Assembly: GCF_041587335.1 (NCBI RefSeq)
Contig: NZ_JBFGYP010000002.1
Location: 3,928 to 67,927 of the forward strand
Reading direction: 5' to 3'
Origin: Halobacteriovorax sp.
Lineage (GTDB): Bacteria > Bdellovibrionota > Bacteriovoracia > Bacteriovoracales > Bacteriovoracaceae
Length of the DNA: 64,000 nt
Numbering within the stretch: position 1 is the stretch's first letter; each line of letters begins with the position of its first letter. Under the pieces are notes generated by a model. That model worked only from the letters and a program-made list of their open reading frames with translations. It ran no database searches and was not told the origin of the DNA. The position numbers and the translations under genes were made by a program. Of this stretch, positions 46,688 through 55,442 are shown piece after piece.

Positions 46688-47254
46688 ATGAGTAGAGAAT
46701 ATTGTGAAGTATGTACTAGAGCACTTAGAGGATGTATTTGTAAATATACAACAACCACTCTTAATAAGACTCCAGTAACGATCTTACGCCATCCTAGTGA
46801 AATAAAAAGTTTAAAAGGAACTGCTCAGCTTCTACTACTCTCTCTTAGTAATATTCGCTTATTTGACGGGGAAGAGTTTAACCAAGTAGATATCATACTT
46901 CCCAATGTAGAAAACATCCTAGTATTTCCAAGTGAAAATTCGATTAGGCTAAAAGACTTTGCAAACAAGCAAGAAACAGATAACAAAAAGCATTTTATTT
47001 TTATCGACGGAACTTGGAAGAAAGCTTACAAGATTCTACAACTGAATACTTACTTAAAAGATATTACTCATATGTGCTTAGAGCTAGAGTCAGACTCTCC
47101 ATATGCTGAAGTCAGAAAGCAGAAGAGTGGTGGCCTAAGCACCCTTGAAGCCGTTGTGATGACGCTTAAAGAATTCGAAGGTGATGAACTCTATCGTCCA
47201 CTTGAAAAGTCTTTTAATCAATTTATAGAGTATTTAAAGAAATTATCTACTTAA
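46688..47254 (+). CDS. DTW-domain protein (tRNA acp3U transferase family)
   Basis: N-terminal CEVC...CIC cluster and DGTWKKA (DTW motif). Confidence 0.8.
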   Translation: MSREYCEVCTRALRGCICKYTTTTLNKTPVTILRHPSEIKSLKGTAQLLLLSLSNIRLFDGEEFNQVDIILPNVENILVFPSENSIRLKDFANKQETDNKKHFIFIDGTWKKAYKILQLNTYLKDITHMCLELESDSPYAEVRKQKSGGLSTLEAVVMTLKEFEGDELYRPLEKSFNQFIEYLKKLST

Positions 47255-47615
47255 CGTTTATTGATTTAATCTTATCAGTTATAGCAGCATTCTTTCTTGT
47301 TCCTGGACAATTTGTTTCTTCATAAACAAGACTAGATCTATTTGAGAAGTAATTCGATTTCTTCTTACCTTGGTACAACCAACTTCTTCCATACCAAAGA
47401 GAAACCTTAAAGGATCTATCAACAATTTCTTCTATTCTATAGATTCTTTCATTTTGTTTAGCATAGCTTGCGTAATTTGTTCTTGTCTCTTTAAAGCACT
47501 GTCCCGCTTCATAATCATCTAACTCAGACTGTCCAATGCAGGAGGTAAGAAAAGCGATTGGTAATAAATAAGTGATTAAAGAAGTTTGGTTCATAGGCCC
47601 TTTATTTAAGATCAT
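47247..47615 (-). CDS. hypothetical lipoprotein
   Basis: LLPIAFLTSC lipobox. No domain recognised. Confidence 0.5.
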   Translation of the reverse strand: MILNKGPMNQTSLITYLLPIAFLTSCIGQSELDDYEAGQCFKETRTNYASYAKQNERIYRIEEIVDRSFKVSLWYGRSWLYQGKKKSNYFSNRSSLVYEETNCPGTRKNAAITDKIKSINVK

Positions 47616-47733
47616 ATTCGTTTTAATATAACGGTAGTCTTAAAATAAGTTATTAGTATTATTTTCTATAAAATGAGCAAATCATATAAAGTTCATTAGT
47701 TATCTAAGTTAGATAAAAAGAGTTTATTAAATT

Positions 47734-48429
47734 ATGTACTTGCTAAGTCAACCAACTCTTTCCCCCCCTACAAACTGCCCTTATATAAAGGGGCAAGAGT
47801 TTACTCAGGAATATTTTTTTGCTACAGAGTTAGACAAAAGTGAACTAGATATCATCTTAGAAAATGGCTGGAGAAAGTTTGGGAGATACTACTTCAGACC
47901 TAACTGCTCAAACTGTAAACAGTGTTTACCTTTGAGAGTATTAGTTAACGAAATTAACTTTAATAAAAAGCAAAGAAAGATATTAAAGAAAAATGAAGAT
48001 ATCGTAATATCAAAAGAGCCCCTAAGCTTTAGAGAAGAATATTATCAAATATATATTCAGCACAACAAAAGATTTAATACCTCAAAGAATACTTCAGAAG
48101 ATCGCAATGAATTTACTGAAGGCTTCTTCACCAAGTCCTGCTCAAGCTTTATTTTATCTTACTCACTAAATGGAGTCATCATTGCTTGGGGAATATTAGA
48201 TGAGGGAGCCAGTGGCATAAGTAGTGTTTATTTTGCATTCAATCCTGAACACTCTGCTAGGAGTCTTGGTCACTTTGGCGCATTAACTGAGATAAATTAT
48301 GCTAAAGAAAACAACTACGACTATTACTACTTAGGTTACTATATTGAATCTAATCCATCTATGGCCTACAAGGCTTCTTATAGGCCTCATCAACTATTCA
48401 ATTGGAGTTCAAGGCAGTGGGAAGATTAG
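47734..48429 (+). CDS. bpt: arginyl/aspartyl-glutamyl-tRNA--protein transferase (Bpt/ATE family)
   Basis: NCPYIKGQ, GWRKFGRYYFRPNCSNCKQCLPLRV, YYYLGYYI are typical of bacterial Bpt. Confidence 0.85.
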   Translation: MYLLSQPTLSPPTNCPYIKGQEFTQEYFFATELDKSELDIILENGWRKFGRYYFRPNCSNCKQCLPLRVLVNEINFNKKQRKILKKNEDIVISKEPLSFREEYYQIYIQHNKRFNTSKNTSEDRNEFTEGFFTKSCSSFILSYSLNGVIIAWGILDEGASGISSVYFAFNPEHSARSLGHFGALTEINYAKENNYDYYYLGYYIESNPSMAYKASYRPHQLFNWSSRQWED

Positions 48430-49361
48430 CCTTGTCCAAGCTCCTTTAGACAATTATCTAAATGAAAGAGATCCGAAATTGCTCTAAACTTAGTTTCGTT
48501 TAAAACGGAGCTGTTTTTAATATTATCTACACCACTCACCCATAGCTCCCTATCTGCTCCAATTTTTCTATAGAGCTCTTCAATATAGCTTTGAGAAGAA
48601 TTACTTTTGATTGAGAGTAATAAAATATTTGCTTCAAATGAATTAGTAGCATCTATTAATGGAGTCAGCGGTAAATTCGCTCCTAAATAGAAGAATTTAA
48701 CACCGTAATGTGAACATAGAAGAGAGAATAAAATAATATCAAACTCGTCTAGTTCTCCACTTGGTGAGGCAATAGAGATAAGACTAGGATTTTTATTCTT
48801 ACACTCGTAGCTCTCATATATTATATCTCCCACATGAAACTTCACCATAGAAAGTAAAGCATGCTCCTGTGCAATAGATAAGTTTCCTTGCTCAACCTTA
48901 TGCCTTAGTTCAGATAAAAGTGGAGAGAGTACTTTAAGTGCTAAATCACGAGTATTAAGTGACTTTTTAAGTGAGCCAATCTCTTTTGATAAAACTTCAA
49001 TCTGATAATTTTCAATAGCCTCTAAAAGTAATTTTAGAGATTGAGTGACTTCAGCAGTACTACTCGCCTTATACTTTACTGGACGAATATTCTGCTTAAC
49101 TTTTCCAAGTCTCTCTAACATCTCTTTTAACTCAAGTGAGTCTTTATTAGCGATTGAGCCAATACTATTTCCAAGAGAGCAAAGTTCACTTAAGAGCTGT
49201 AGCTTCTCAATATCACTATCGCTATATAAACGACGACCAGAACTACTTCTAGCAGGGACAACAGCAAGGTAGCGCTTTTCCCAAGCTCTTAAGGTATGAG
49301 TTCCAACACCTGATAAATTTGAGGCAATTTTGATATTATACTTACTCATTGCTTTCTCCAT
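48426..49361 (-). CDS. MerR-family regulator with CarH/LitR-like B12-binding-type C-terminal domain (axial His not conserved)
   Basis: MerR HTH YNIKIASNLSGVGTHTLRAWEKRY. C-terminal SGELDEFD...YLGANLPLTPL aligns by eye to the CarH PGERHEIG...[11 protein letters not shown] region. Confidence 0.75.
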   Translation of the reverse strand: MEKAMSKYNIKIASNLSGVGTHTLRAWEKRYLAVVPARSSSGRRLYSDSDIEKLQLLSELCSLGNSIGSIANKDSLELKEMLERLGKVKQNIRPVKYKASSTAEVTQSLKLLLEAIENYQIEVLSKEIGSLKKSLNTRDLALKVLSPLLSELRHKVEQGNLSIAQEHALLSMVKFHVGDIIYESYECKNKNPSLISIASPSGELDEFDIILFSLLCSHYGVKFFYLGANLPLTPLIDATNSFEANILLLSIKSNSSQSYIEELYRKIGADRELWVSGVDNIKNSSVLNETKFRAISDLFHLDNCLKELGQG

Positions 49362-49405
49362 GAAGACATAAATAATGTATAAGAGTTGTCTAGGCTAATC
49401 AAGAA

Positions 49406-49999
49406 TTATTGGTGAACAAAACGAAAAGTTAAACTTATTCTCTCACCAGTTATAGATTTACTCTTATTAATTTGATGCTCCCAGTCTTTCTGAGTTGGAG
49501 GTAGCATAACGAGTAGGCTTCTATCCTCTAAGTTTAGAGAGAATTTTTCTTTGGATATTTTATTTCTAAAAGAAAAGACCCTTGAAACTCCAAAGCTAGC
49601 ACAGGCAATAGTTGGCCTTTCACCTAGCGACACTTCATCGTCACTATGCCAAGAGACGTAATCTTCTCCATTTCTGTAATAGTTTCCAAGCATTCCATTA
49701 AAGCTTTCACTGATCTCGGCTTCGATCATTTTCTTAATCTTAATAAGTGAGACATTCCATGAGTTGTGCTCTATTTGAATATTGGAATACTCATAAGAAA
49801 TATTCTCATCACCATACCAGCACTGAAGCCTTGGTATAGGATGGGTCTTACCGAACATACTTATCTTATCACTTCTCCAGTGCAACTCTTCTTTTAACAG
49901 TGGTAAATAATCAGATGAAAAGAAATTTGGATAATAAAGAATCTCTCCATTATTAAATGAATGAACCTCTTTATCGAATTTGAATACACTTTGATTCAT
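49406..49999 (-). CDS. alkB: Fe(II)/2-oxoglutarate dioxygenase AlkB
   Basis: HSDDE (HxD), WEHQI (distal His), RISLTFR. Confidence 0.85.
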   Translation of the reverse strand: MNQSVFKFDKEVHSFNNGEILYYPNFFSSDYLPLLKEELHWRSDKISMFGKTHPIPRLQCWYGDENISYEYSNIQIEHNSWNVSLIKIKKMIEAEISESFNGMLGNYYRNGEDYVSWHSDDEVSLGERPTIACASFGVSRVFSFRNKISKEKFSLNLEDRSLLVMLPPTQKDWEHQINKSKSITGERISLTFRFVHQ

Positions 50000-50003
50000 T
50001 AGA

Positions 50004-50999
50004 TTATTTCATCGGAGGAGAATAAAGAAGCCCGCCATTTTTCCAGAGAGAATTTAACCCCCTATCAAGTTTCAAAGAACTCTTACCACCTAAGTTTCTA
50101 CTGAAAATCTCACCATAGTTACCGACTTTAGAGATAACTTCTCCAGTCCAATCATTTGATACGCCTAGAATTTTCTCAAAGTTAAAAGACTCACCAAAGA
50201 ATCTCTTTACTCTAGGATCAGGACTCTTTCTCATAGCTGAAATATTAGAAGAGTTAATACCTAACTCCTCGGCCCATATTAATGAATAGATTGTCCAAGA
50301 AACAAGGTCTTTCCACCTCTTGTCTCCGGCCAAAAGGGCCGGGGCAAGGGGTTCTTTCTCAATTCTCTTTTTCAATAATCTGAAAGATTCAGGGGATGAA
50401 AACTGATTTCTTTCAGAAGTTAAAGTTGTAACATCCGAAGTAACTGCAACACACCTCTTCTTTAAGAAGGCTAAAAACAATTGATCATTATTATCAAAGC
50501 GAACTTGTCTTAGTCTCATCTTATGTAACTTAAAGTAATCTATTAAATTTTCTTGAGTTGTCGTATTATTTTTGACGCAAATCTTCTTATTATCTAAATC
50601 TAAAATACTTTTTATCCGACTGTTTTTTCTAACTAAAACACCTTGAGTATCAAAATAAACAACAGGAGCAAATTCAATATTATGAGTGACATCTCTAGAG
50701 AAATTCTTAGAAGTATTTCTACTTAGTAGATCAATTCTTTTTTCATTAAGAGAGCTAAATCTATCTTTTAAAGAGATTGGAAAATATTTTACTTTGGATG
50801 TATTGCCAAATAGAGCTGCAGCTACTGCCTTACAGATATCCACATCAAAACCACTCCATTCCCCTTTTTCATTTGGAGTTGAAAAGCCATTTAGACCTTC
50901 ACTAACACCACAGTTTAAATGGCCTCTTTTCTTAATTGTTTCGATAGTATCTGCAAATGTAGGTAGAGAAAAAAGAAGGAGGATTAACATTAACTTCAT
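50004..50999 (-). CDS. periplasmic amino-acid-binding protein (AapJ-like ABC substrate-binding protein)
   Basis: Signal peptide. IKKRGHLNCGVSEGLNGFS...WSGFDVDICKAVAAALFG. No cognate permease or ATPase genes adjacent. Confidence 0.75.
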   Translation of the reverse strand: MKLMLILLLFSLPTFADTIETIKKRGHLNCGVSEGLNGFSTPNEKGEWSGFDVDICKAVAAALFGNTSKVKYFPISLKDRFSSLNEKRIDLLSRNTSKNFSRDVTHNIEFAPVVYFDTQGVLVRKNSRIKSILDLDNKKICVKNNTTTQENLIDYFKLHKMRLRQVRFDNNDQLFLAFLKKRCVAVTSDVTTLTSERNQFSSPESFRLLKKRIEKEPLAPALLAGDKRWKDLVSWTIYSLIWAEELGINSSNISAMRKSPDPRVKRFFGESFNFEKILGVSNDWTGEVISKVGNYGEIFSRNLGGKSSLKLDRGLNSLWKNGGLLYSPPMK

Positions 51000-51011
51000 A
51001 AAAATCCTTAA

Positions 51012-52181
51012 TTAGTTACAGCAGTCTGCTCCATTATGGACATGATCATTACTTAATATATGATCAACTCTTCTCTTTACGTCAGACTTAAATTTTATGT
51101 CATGGAAGTTTGTAGCAATATTATAGAGCTTTCTTCTATCATATGTATGATAAAGATTATTCATATCCTTAATTGCATCAATTAATTCAGATGAACTACC
51201 GTTAGTCCAAATTAAACCAAACTCTCCTAGATAGCTTTTAAAGAGCTCACTATCTTTTGCAATAACAGGTCTACCACTTGATAGTGCTTTTAAAATATCT
51301 TCAGGGAAAGCCGTTTCTGATATATCAATAAGGGCCCTTGCATTTCCTAACATAGGAGCAAGTTCTCCAGAACATCTAACACCCATAAATCTAGGATCTT
51401 CCTCTCCTAGCTTTATCTCATCTAAATGAGCATCCTCTCCAAAGAAAACATATTTCATATTATACTGATCTAAAAAACTAATAAGTTCATTTGCACAATT
51501 CTCATCAACGCCCTTGGCATTAATAGCGTAATAATCAAACTCTTTGCCCTCTTTTGGAGTAAGAGGATAATCAGAAATATTAAAAGGAGGTGCGACAATA
51601 CTAACTGGTCCTTCATAGAAAGTTTCAACGTATTTTTTCACGCTTTCATTTGGAACCCAAATTTCATCACTCATACAAAGTGCTGCTTTAGACCACTTTG
51701 TAATGTATGATTTGAATATCTTTTCTCTTAAGACTTTATCTTTTCTATTTAAATAATAGTGATCATAGAAGTAAGTAATAAGTTTAGTATTTTCACACTT
51801 TCTAATACCGCTAGACATACCATTTGAAATATTAATAATTAAATCAACAGAACAAGGAATAAAAAGATTGGAAGCGGCATTTGGAATTAAAAAAGAATTC
51901 TTAGCTAAGTGCTCTCTATCTTTAATTTTATGAGATAGATAAGTTGAACGTATCTTTCTTAGTTCGATAGTACCAAGCATGGCCTTTTCTTTATGAACAA
52001 GAGTATAAATAGTAGAGTCTTCATAGACCATGCCTAAGGTCTCTACTATTTCAGTATAATGATCTCTGATTAGTAAATCGTCACAACTAAGAGCTATATT
52101 CAAGTTACACCTATATAGATTTAAAGAACTCAGTAGTTCTTCTGATCCCTTCTTCAAAAGTAACTTTTGGTGAGAAATCAC
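51012..52181 (-). CDS. glycosyltransferase (GT-B fold, GT4-like)
   Basis: C-terminal FPEDILKALSSGRPVIA resembles the GT-B EX7E region. The ORF-track start overlaps the upstream gene by 71 nt. An in-frame TTG at 52103 sits just after that gene's stop. Confidence 0.6.
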   Translation of the reverse strand: MISHQKLLLKKGSEELLSSLNLYRCNLNIALSCDDLLIRDHYTEIVETLGMVYEDSTIYTLVHKEKAMLGTIELRKIRSTYLSHKIKDREHLAKNSFLIPNAASNLFIPCSVDLIINISNGMSSGIRKCENTKLITYFYDHYYLNRKDKVLREKIFKSYITKWSKAALCMSDEIWVPNESVKKYVETFYEGPVSIVAPPFNISDYPLTPKEGKEFDYYAINAKGVDENCANELISFLDQYNMKYVFFGEDAHLDEIKLGEEDPRFMGVRCSGELAPMLGNARALIDISETAFPEDILKALSSGRPVIAKDSELFKSYLGEFGLIWTNGSSSELIDAIKDMNNLYHTYDRRKLYNIATNFHDIKFKSDVKRRVDHILSNDHVHNGADCCN

Positions 52182-53082
52182 TCACACTTTGTAACTTCGT
52201 TAAATCTGGGCGTCTTCTCTTAGGATCATCTTTAGGAAGATCTAAGAATACGATCTTAGACTTTGAACCTAAAGCTTCAATGATAAACTTAGCAGTATCT
52301 AATATAGTGTACTCATCTGGGTTACCACAGTTAAATGGAGTTGGATCATCTGAGAACATAACAGTGTGAATAGCATCTACTAAGTCAGTAACGAAGCAAA
52401 ATGATCTTGTCTGACTACCATCACCATAAACAGTGATATCTTCATTTCTCATAGCTTGGTTAATAAAGTTTGGAATAACTCTTCCATCATTAGGTCTCAT
52501 TCTTGGACCATAAGTATTGAAGATACGAATAATACGAGTGTCTAATCCAAATTTTCTATGAAAGCTCATAGTCATTGCTTCAGCAAATCTCTTTGACTCA
52601 TCGTAACACCCTCTTGGACCAAGAGTGTTTACATGACCTACATAGTCTTCTGTTTGAGGGTGAATTTCAGGGTCACCATAAACTTCACTTGTAGACGCTT
52701 CTAAGAATCTAGCTTTCTTTTCTAGAGATAACTCAAGAAGAGCTAGAGTTCCTTCACTATTTACTCTCATTATTTCCATTGGAATTAATCCAAAATCAAT
52801 TGGAGATGCAGGAGAGGCCAGAGAGAAAACGTAGTCAATATCAACACCTGTAAAGTCAGGTAGCTGCTCATAAATATTACATTCATGAAAAGTGAAGTTT
52901 TCATATTTCTCTAATAATTCAATATTTGACTTACTTCCAGTGATGAAGTTATCAAGACCGATGACTTTAGCATCAAGGTTTAAATAAAACTCGCAAAGAG
53001 TTGATGGAACAAATCCAGCTGCACCTGCAACAAGAATTGTTTTGCCTTTTAGAGTTGTCGGTAGTTGAACCTTTGTACTCAT
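52111..53082 (-). CDS. UDP-glucuronate decarboxylase (UDP-xylose synthase), SDR family
   Basis: GAAGFVPS glycine loop, catalytic YDESKR, overall UXS-like blocks (RIFNTYGPRM, DGSQTRSFCFV). Confidence 0.9.
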   Translation of the reverse strand: MSTKVQLPTTLKGKTILVAGAAGFVPSTLCEFYLNLDAKVIGLDNFITGSKSNIELLEKYENFTFHECNIYEQLPDFTGVDIDYVFSLASPASPIDFGLIPMEIMRVNSEGTLALLELSLEKKARFLEASTSEVYGDPEIHPQTEDYVGHVNTLGPRGCYDESKRFAEAMTMSFHRKFGLDTRIIRIFNTYGPRMRPNDGRVIPNFINQAMRNEDITVYGDGSQTRSFCFVTDLVDAIHTVMFSDDPTPFNCGNPDEYTILDTAKFIIEALGSKSKIVFLDLPKDDPKRRRPDLTKLQSVSDFSPKVTFEEGIRRTTEFFKSI

Positions 53083-53102
53083 TTTATATCTCCAAAATTA
53101 TA

Positions 53103-54002
53103 TCAATAGTGTTTTAATTGTATCACAGTTGAACCGATAAGTAATAATACCCCACCCATAATCTGTTGAAAAGTGAGGGCCTGATTTAGAAAGATCCAAT
53201 TCACAATAACTGCGCAAAATGGAAAGAACATCTCAGCGAGGGCGCCTACTCTAGCGGAAACAAGTGTTAAACCTTTATAGTAAACAAACATTCCCAATAG
53301 CCCTGAAATGACTACCATTGCAATAATCTGACCCCAGATATTAACATCCATATCCATTTGAATATCACCAGTTAATAGTATTGGAATCAAACATATGAAG
53401 CCCATAAAAAACCTACCGGCCATTATTTCTTTCTCTTTAAATCCACATGTTGTGAGCTTCTTTCCAAAGACAGTTGAGCAACCCCAACTAAATACAGCAA
53501 GAAAAGTAAGAGCATAACCAAGAAGAAATTTTTGATCAAATAGACTTCTATCAAAGTCTACACTTCTCAGTCCACTAGCTATATCTTCATAAGAAATGAG
53601 AAGTCCACCGGCTAAACAAATTGCGGCCCAAATAATAAAGTCTTTTCTCATTTTCTCTTTTAAAATAATTGCGGCCAGTGATATTGCAATTATCGGCTGA
53701 AATTTCTGTAAAAGGATCACGAGAGAAGGATTAATTAATGAGAACGCCCTTGTAAAAGCAAGAGTTCCAATCGCAGAGCCTAAACCACCAATGATCAGAA
53801 AGTAAAAAACATAAGCAACCTTTGATTGCCAAAAGAGTTTTATTTTCTTAACAAATAATGGAATAAAAAATATTGTCAAAATAAGATGTTCAGTAAAGAC
53901 AATACGGCTAGCAGAAATACCCTCACCTAATAGAGGGTAACGAATCAAAGTATCTATCGCCCAAAGAAAACAGGCTAAAAGTATATAAAGTATTCCCTGC
54001 AT
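53103..54002 (-). CDS. EamA/DMT-family transporter
   Basis: 10 TM in two 5-TM repeats. Abuts the trmFO stop. Confidence 0.8.
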   Translation of the reverse strand: MQGILYILLACFLWAIDTLIRYPLLGEGISASRIVFTEHLILTIFFIPLFVKKIKLFWQSKVAYVFYFLIIGGLGSAIGTLAFTRAFSLINPSLVILLQKFQPIIAISLAAIILKEKMRKDFIIWAAICLAGGLLISYEDIASGLRSVDFDRSLFDQKFLLGYALTFLAVFSWGCSTVFGKKLTTCGFKEKEIMAGRFFMGFICLIPILLTGDIQMDMDVNIWGQIIAMVVISGLLGMFVYYKGLTLVSARVGALAEMFFPFCAVIVNWIFLNQALTFQQIMGGVLLLIGSTVIQLKHY

Positions 54003-55370
54003 TTATTTACTCTCGTCCATAAATTTATCAAAGGACTCACGGGCCCGCGCAGAGGCTTTTGCTTTCTTTATCTTCTTTCTGAGTTTTCTATTCTTTCTTT
54101 CTTCTTTGTCTAACGCAATGGTTGGAAGTAGACCAAAGTTGATATTTGATGGACTTGGCTTAGGTACTGTCATTATATAGTTAACAAGAGCTCCAATTCC
54201 AGTATCTACTGGCCAAGAAGCAGGAGATTTTCCTTCTAACTTTCTAAGTACTTGCCATGCAACATAGAGTCCCATTGAAGCGCTTTCAGTATAGCCTTCA
54301 ACTCCAGTAATTTGGCCTGCAAAATGGATAGTTTCATATTTCTTAGAACTTAGATCAAAGTTTAGAAGCTTTTTTGAATTTAAAAAACTATTTCTATGAA
54401 CTGAGCCAAGGTGAATAAAGCTAGCCTCTTCAAAACCAGGAATTTTTCTAAAAACTCTAACTTGCTCTTTATATGTTAGTCTTGTTTGAAAACCTACCAG
54501 GTTAAATGCACTTCCAAGTAGGTTCTCTTTTCTCAGTTGAACACATGCATATGGAAGAGTTCCATCTTTCTTTTCAAGTCCAATAGGCTTCATGCAAGAA
54601 AACCGTGCTGTATCAACACCACGCTCGGCCATTATATCTACAGGTAAACAGCTTTCAAAAAACTTATAGTCCTCAAATTTTTGGGCCGGAACCTTTTCCG
54701 CCTTAACAAGTTCCCCAATGAACTCTTCGTATTCATCTTTAGTCATTGGCGCGTTTAAGTAATCAGCAGACTCGCCTTCCTCTTCGCTCAACTCTTTGTG
54801 ACGATCTTTAAAGTATAACTTTGAATAATCTAAAGTATCAGCATCAACAACCGGAGCAATTGCGTCATAGAAGTAGAAGTCGTCTTCAGATAAATCAGTT
54901 GTTAGCCACTTCTCTAGCTTTTCAGTTGTCAGAGGTCCAGTCGCTACAATTGTATAAGAACACTCAAATTTCTTTTGAAGTTCTAGCGGATTTTCAGCCT
55001 CAACCTCATGAACTTCAATATTTTCATGTGATCTAAGGCCTTCTGTAATTGCCTTTGAGAATTCTTCTCTATTTACAGCTAGTGCATCTCCCGCAGGAAC
55101 TGCATACTCCATACCTTTATCTAGGATATATGAGCCTAACTCTTTCATTTCATATTTTAAAAGACCATGCCCTGTATCAGGAGACATACTCTTTAATGAG
55201 TTAGTACAAACAAGCTCAGCATATGTTTTCATTTTTTGAGCGGGGTTTAAAAATAGAGTTTTACATTCTACAAGAACCACTTTGACGCCATGATTGGCTA
55301 AAAATATTGCTGCATCTGTTCCTGCTAGTCCTGCACCAATGACAAGAACTTTCTTACCTTCAAATTTCAT
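54003..55370 (-). CDS. trmFO: methylenetetrahydrofolate--tRNA-(uracil-5-)-methyltransferase TrmFO
   Basis: Start placed at MKFEGKKVLVIGAGLAGTDAA (FAD loop near the N-terminus, as in TrmFO). The ORF track extends to 55472 and would overlap nadE. CTNSLKS, FAGQITGVEGY motifs. Confidence 0.9.
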   Translation of the reverse strand: MKFEGKKVLVIGAGLAGTDAAIFLANHGVKVVLVECKTLFLNPAQKMKTYAELVCTNSLKSMSPDTGHGLLKYEMKELGSYILDKGMEYAVPAGDALAVNREEFSKAITEGLRSHENIEVHEVEAENPLELQKKFECSYTIVATGPLTTEKLEKWLTTDLSEDDFYFYDAIAPVVDADTLDYSKLYFKDRHKELSEEEGESADYLNAPMTKDEYEEFIGELVKAEKVPAQKFEDYKFFESCLPVDIMAERGVDTARFSCMKPIGLEKKDGTLPYACVQLRKENLLGSAFNLVGFQTRLTYKEQVRVFRKIPGFEEASFIHLGSVHRNSFLNSKKLLNFDLSSKKYETIHFAGQITGVEGYTESASMGLYVAWQVLRKLEGKSPASWPVDTGIGALVNYIMTVPKPSPSNINFGLLPTIALDKEERKNRKLRKKIKKAKASARARESFDKFMDESK

Positions 55371-55442
55371 TTTCCACTCTGCTGTTTTTTCGACTAAAAT
55401 ATGATAAATACAAAGCGAGAATTTACCTTTTAGGACACGTAC

